Shown piece after piece: positions 60,342 to 64,000 of a stretch of 64,000 nucleotides of DNA. The stretch is from NCBI GenBank assembly GCA_963752155.1, contig CAVVXH010000010.1, positions 32,001 to 96,000 on the forward strand, read 5' to 3'. Each line of letters begins with the position of its first letter. Position 1 is the first letter of the stretch. Below the pieces are notes generated by a model. That model had not been told where the DNA came from. It did no database searches and saw only the letters and a list, made by a program, of their open reading frames with translations. The DNA is from an uncultured Parachlamydiaceae bacterium (GTDB lineage Bacteria > Chlamydiota > Chlamydiia > Chlamydiales > Parachlamydiaceae). A program made the translations under genes and the position numbers.

Positions 60342-61403
60342 TCATTTTTTAGCATGTTCTTTAATAACCTCTTCCTCACTTTTCAAATTATTAGATTGCA
60401 TAAATTGCTCAGGGTATCTTGTACCTGAAAATGAACCTATTGGAGCAATTTCATCTAATCTACGCAAATCTTCGGCCGTTAACTTAATCCTAGTCGCTGA
60501 TAAATTTTCTTCCAAATATCCAACATGTTTAGTGCCTGGAATCGGAATAATGTTGTCCCCCTGCGCTAATACCCATGCCAAGCAAAGCTGAGCTGAAGTA
60601 CACGCTTTTTCAGTTGCCATTTCCACAATCCGCCGAACAATTCTCTGATTTCTTTCCATGTGTTCTCTTTGAAAACGTGGAAACATTTTTCTACAATCAC
60701 CCTTATCATAAAAATCAGATGTCCTACCCAAAGCAGTAAGATATTGACGCCCAAGTGGTGCGTATGGCACAAAAGCTATCCCTAGCTCACGGCAAACTTG
60801 CATGGTTCCATCAATTTCTGGTGTACGACTCATTAAGGAATACTCTGTCTCTACAGCAGCAATATGATGTCTTCCTTCAGTAAACCGCAATAAAGCGCTA
60901 TTGGCTCTTTCTATAATTTCTTTACTAGCCTCTGATAGACCCACATAATGAATTTTGCCTTCTGCTAACAATTCAGCCATAGCATGCATGCTAGCTTCAA
61001 TATCTGCCCCATCACGTGCAATACGATGTAGATAATATAAATCTATATAGCCGATCCCCAGACGAGTTAAACTATCTCTATAGCTTTCTCTAATATGCTC
61101 AGGACTATTATCTACAACTCGTTTAGTCAAATCCCCTGGATCTCTTCTTACGCCACATTTTGTCGCAAGAAAATACGTTTCTCTTGAGATCCCATACAAA
61201 AACGTACCCAGCAATCTCTCATTGTGCCCCAATCCGTATATCGCAGCGGTATCAAAAAAATTACATCCCAATTCTAAAGCTCTATTCAACGTTGCTATGC
61301 TGTCAGGTATATTTACTCGGCCATAAAATTCTGACATGCCCATACAGCCTAAACCTAAAGCAGAAACAAGAGGTCCTTTTTTGCTTAATTTTCTATGCTC
61401 CAT
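60342..61403 (-). CDS. aldo/keto reductase
   Basis: LGLGCMGMS, FDTAAIYG, DLYYLHR, GLSE, PIPGT. Confidence 0.93.
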   Translation of the reverse strand: MEHRKLSKKGPLVSALGLGCMGMSEFYGRVNIPDSIATLNRALELGCNFFDTAAIYGLGHNERLLGTFLYGISRETYFLATKCGVRRDPGDLTKRVVDNSPEHIRESYRDSLTRLGIGYIDLYYLHRIARDGADIEASMHAMAELLAEGKIHYVGLSEASKEIIERANSALLRFTEGRHHIAAVETEYSLMSRTPEIDGTMQVCRELGIAFVPYAPLGRQYLTALGRTSDFYDKGDCRKMFPRFQREHMERNQRIVRRIVEMATEKACTSAQLCLAWVLAQGDNIIPIPGTKHVGYLEENLSATRIKLTAEDLRRLDEIAPIGSFSGTRYPEQFMQSNNLKSEEEVIKEHAKK

Positions 61404-61486
61404 GTGTTACGACCTCGTTGCTTCAATGCGTTTTTCTAACGACATCAGGAAATCCATTATAAAGTTATTTTTCATTTCGAAAAAAA

Positions 61487-62095
61487 CTAGGTGATGAGAG
61501 CGAAACTTCCAAATCCAAAAAGGATTGAACCTGATATTTTATTTAACCAAATAGAAGATTTAGATGTAAATTTGTCTCTAAAAATAGATGCGATTAGGCT
61601 AAGTATAAACCACCATACAATGGAACCTAAAAATACTCCTAGAGTCGTTATTAGAGCATGACTTGCATTCGAATTTTCATGTCCTATTCCAAGCCCAGCA
61701 TAAACACCTGCAAAGCTAATAATCGTCATTGGGTTAGTGAGTGTTAAGAAAAAAGTCGATAAAAATGCTCGAGAATTTGCCAAACCTACTTCTTTGTTAT
61801 CCGTATCCGATGCTTTTCCAAAAAATGTTGAGATACCAAGGTAGCACAAAAATAGCGCTCCGCAAATTTGGATGTAAGCACCATGAGTTTCTAAAAATGA
61901 GCTTACGGCGGTAACTCCAAATCCTGCAAGCGCTCCATAAATCGCATCAGCACATGCAGCTCCAAGTCCCGTAATCAGTCCGCATAACATTCCAAAAGTC
62001 AGAACATTGCGTATACACAACAAACCAATGGGACCAACTGGCATGGCAATTGAGAAGCCAATCATTAATCCTTTAAAAAGGAGCTCGATAGACAT
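61487..62095 (-). CDS. LysE/RhtB family exporter
   Basis: IAMPVGP, GLGAACAD, LTLTNP. Confidence 0.92.
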   Translation of the reverse strand: MSIELLFKGLMIGFSIAMPVGPIGLLCIRNVLTFGMLCGLITGLGAACADAIYGALAGFGVTAVSSFLETHGAYIQICGALFLCYLGISTFFGKASDTDNKEVGLANSRAFLSTFFLTLTNPMTIISFAGVYAGLGIGHENSNASHALITTLGVFLGSIVWWFILSLIASIFRDKFTSKSSIWLNKISGSILFGFGSFALIT

Positions 62096-62101
62096 AAAGC
62101 C

Positions 62102-62560
62102 TCATATTTTGTGTAGTTTTTTAATTGAAGATTCTTTTGATGAAGATAGAACAATGGTGGTTCTCGTTCTTGAAATTCCAGGCAGAATCTTTAAGTTCTC
62201 GTTTAAAAACTTATCTAGATGCTCAGTGTCCTTGCATCTCACTTTAAGAATATAGTCATCATCCCCTGCTACATGATGACATTCTTCAGCTTCCTCCATT
62301 TCCTCAATTGCCTTCAAAAATCCAACTATATGTTTGGGATGAGACAATGATACTGCAATGAAAGCAGTAATTGAGTAACCCAGTGATCTATAATTTAAAA
62401 TTGCACCATATCTGACAATAACACCCTGTTCCTCTAAACGTTTTACGCGTTCAGCTGTTGAAGGAGCGGAAAGTCCTAAAATATGTGCAAGATCGGCCCA
62501 TGTCGCCCTTCCGTTTAAAGAGAGGCGCTCAAGAATTTTATAATCTAAACCATCTAGCAT
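62102..62560 (-). CDS. Lrp/AsnC family regulator
   Basis: LDGLDYKIL..LS.PST.ERVKRLE, VAGDDDY. Confidence 0.93.
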   Translation of the reverse strand: MLDGLDYKILERLSLNGRATWADLAHILGLSAPSTAERVKRLEEQGVIVRYGAILNYRSLGYSITAFIAVSLSHPKHIVGFLKAIEEMEEAEECHHVAGDDDYILKVRCKDTEHLDKFLNENLKILPGISRTRTTIVLSSSKESSIKKLHKI

Positions 62561-62723
62561 ATGTAACCTTTGATTAATAGGGTTTATATATATTGTACCT
62601 TATATTCAAAAGAATATCAACCAAATTTCCTTTTTAATAAAAATTCCTAAGATGTTCACTTCTTTAACACAACTTTTTTCACAAAAGTATGCTACATTTG
62701 TGAAATAAGAAGGGGTTATCAAT

Positions 62724-62789
62724 ATGCATCAAAGCATAGAAAACTTGGTAAAAAATAAAATTATCGACCATGGTCGAGGGTGGTGTTTT
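62724..62789 (+). pseudogene. N-terminal remnant resembling DUF6088/AbiEi-type antitoxin
   Basis: MHQSIENLVKNKIIDHGRGWCF, in frame with the next gene. Confidence 0.4.
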
Positions 62790-63470
62790 ATGAAAATAAT
62801 TTATCTTTTTTTGCTTCTTATCTTTACAGCCTGTTCTTCAGACTCAAATAAAAGATTGGATAATGTCGAGGAAATCAAAAAAGATTTTATCGCCACTATT
62901 TTAACCGAAAGCGTTTTAGATGAAGGGCCTTTTCAAATGAATTATCATTTAAGAGCCATTTTATTTTCAGATAACGTGGTGAGTCTTATGGGAGATATTT
63001 TTGTATTTGCACATCTGCCACATGGATGGACTCGCTATGAAGGTAAAACATATGTCAAAACCAATGGCTCTTTCAAAGAAATCGCATTAAATGATTTATT
63101 TCCACAACCCAGTCAAAAGGAATTTTTACGGAGCTATTGCGAAAACTTTTTCAAGCATCATGGCGATTGTAGCTACTTTCAGAGGGACTGATCCATTGTG
63201 TAATCACCTAGATCAAGAACTGATTAAGACATTTGTAGTAGATCACGAATCTCTTATTTTAGTTTTTCAACCTTATGCTGTAGGTGGATTGGCTGATGTT
63301 CCCTTTACAGTTAAAATTCCGTTCACTGAGCTAATTGGAAAATGGCAAGCAGGCAATCCACTGGAAAAGCATCTACCAATTACTAAAAATTTTCTTTCTT
63401 CATGGGATAAGGACAATTGGATCAGCGATGTCCAAGAAGATCATTCAATTGCATATCAAAAGGAGGCACA
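62790..63470 (+). CDS. lipoprotein with RsiV/DUF3298-like domain (frameshift near 63185)
   Basis: Lipobox-like LIFTAC; AHLPHG, LNDLF, FQPYAVG..VKIP motifs. Confidence 0.6.
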
Positions 63471-63471
63471 G

Positions 63472-63840
63472 ATGCAACAAGAAACATTTTCAAAAGATTT
63501 TGGCGATGTGCAATTAAAGAAGTCAGGCATTGGACAATTTCAAGATGGCCTAGGTGTTTTTGCTAAAAGAGATTTCAAAGCAGGAGAAATTGTAATCAAA
63601 TGGAATCTTAAAGCTCTAACCGAACAACAGTATCAAGATCTGTCTTTATATGAAAAAGAAAATTTTTGTCATAACCGAGAGGGTATCCAATGGCTCTACC
63701 CTGATCCTGAAAGACATGTTAACCGATTCAAAAATCCAAATGTCGTGCCAAACTTTGAAATGCAAGCAAACATTGCTTTACGAGACATTAAAAAAGGAGA
63801 GGAGTTATCCATTGCACAAGACACGATAGAGGATTTTTGA
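63472..63840 (+). CDS. SET-domain-like protein (degenerate motifs)
   Basis: RBS aaggagg; GLGVFAKRDFKAGE, HVNR..NPN, ALRDIKKGEEL; in frame with the upstream domain. Confidence 0.75.
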   Translation: MQQETFSKDFGDVQLKKSGIGQFQDGLGVFAKRDFKAGEIVIKWNLKALTEQQYQDLSLYEKENFCHNREGIQWLYPDPERHVNRFKNPNVVPNFEMQANIALRDIKKGEELSIAQDTIEDF

Positions 63841-64000
63841 TAATTTCCGCCTTTAAGCCAACAGGCAAAATTTTATACTCCGAAATGGGCGAGAAAACTT
63901 AATCTGCAAGATATGTCAAAAGATGCTCAAAAAGTTTACTCATTCCCAGAGTTGCCATTTTTCTCCCCAATCTCCTTTCTAAAGAAGAGGTTATCAAAAG

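Overview
A 64-kb low-GC bacterial window that most resembles an environmental Chlamydiota (Parachlamydiales-like) genome. This placement is inferred from gene content, candidate effectors/Inc and a chlamydia-like tmRNA 3' end. Housekeeping genes include recD2 (partial), lplA, tRNA-Arg(ACG), ahpC, recJ, dps, pgm, aroB, phrB, an RluA-family gene, pdxS/pdxT and metK. It also carries a glycosyltransferase/flippase cluster, LRR/ankyrin effector-like genes, three ATPase-nuclease genes, two RelE-type toxin-antitoxin pairs, a Ser/Thr kinase-AAA-GAF-cyclase hybrid, and a translationally coupled Phe/Tyr operon (DAHP synthase-pheA-CM/tyrA-aminotransferase-aroA-aroK-aroC). Many genes carry single-base frameshifts, which may be assembly errors. 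Four observations stand out. (1) Two complete Tyr/Phe leader-peptide attenuators lie in tandem ahead of the aromatic operon, and both are absent from the ORF track. (2) A tandem pair of secreted Cys-repeat proteins, hidden by frameshifts, combine KCG/xCG repeats with a bufferin-like Cys domain and are candidate RiPP/metallophore precursors. (3) A set of nested palindromic mobile repeats has both empty and filled target sites visible. (4) A tmRNA 3' fragment may mark an integration site.
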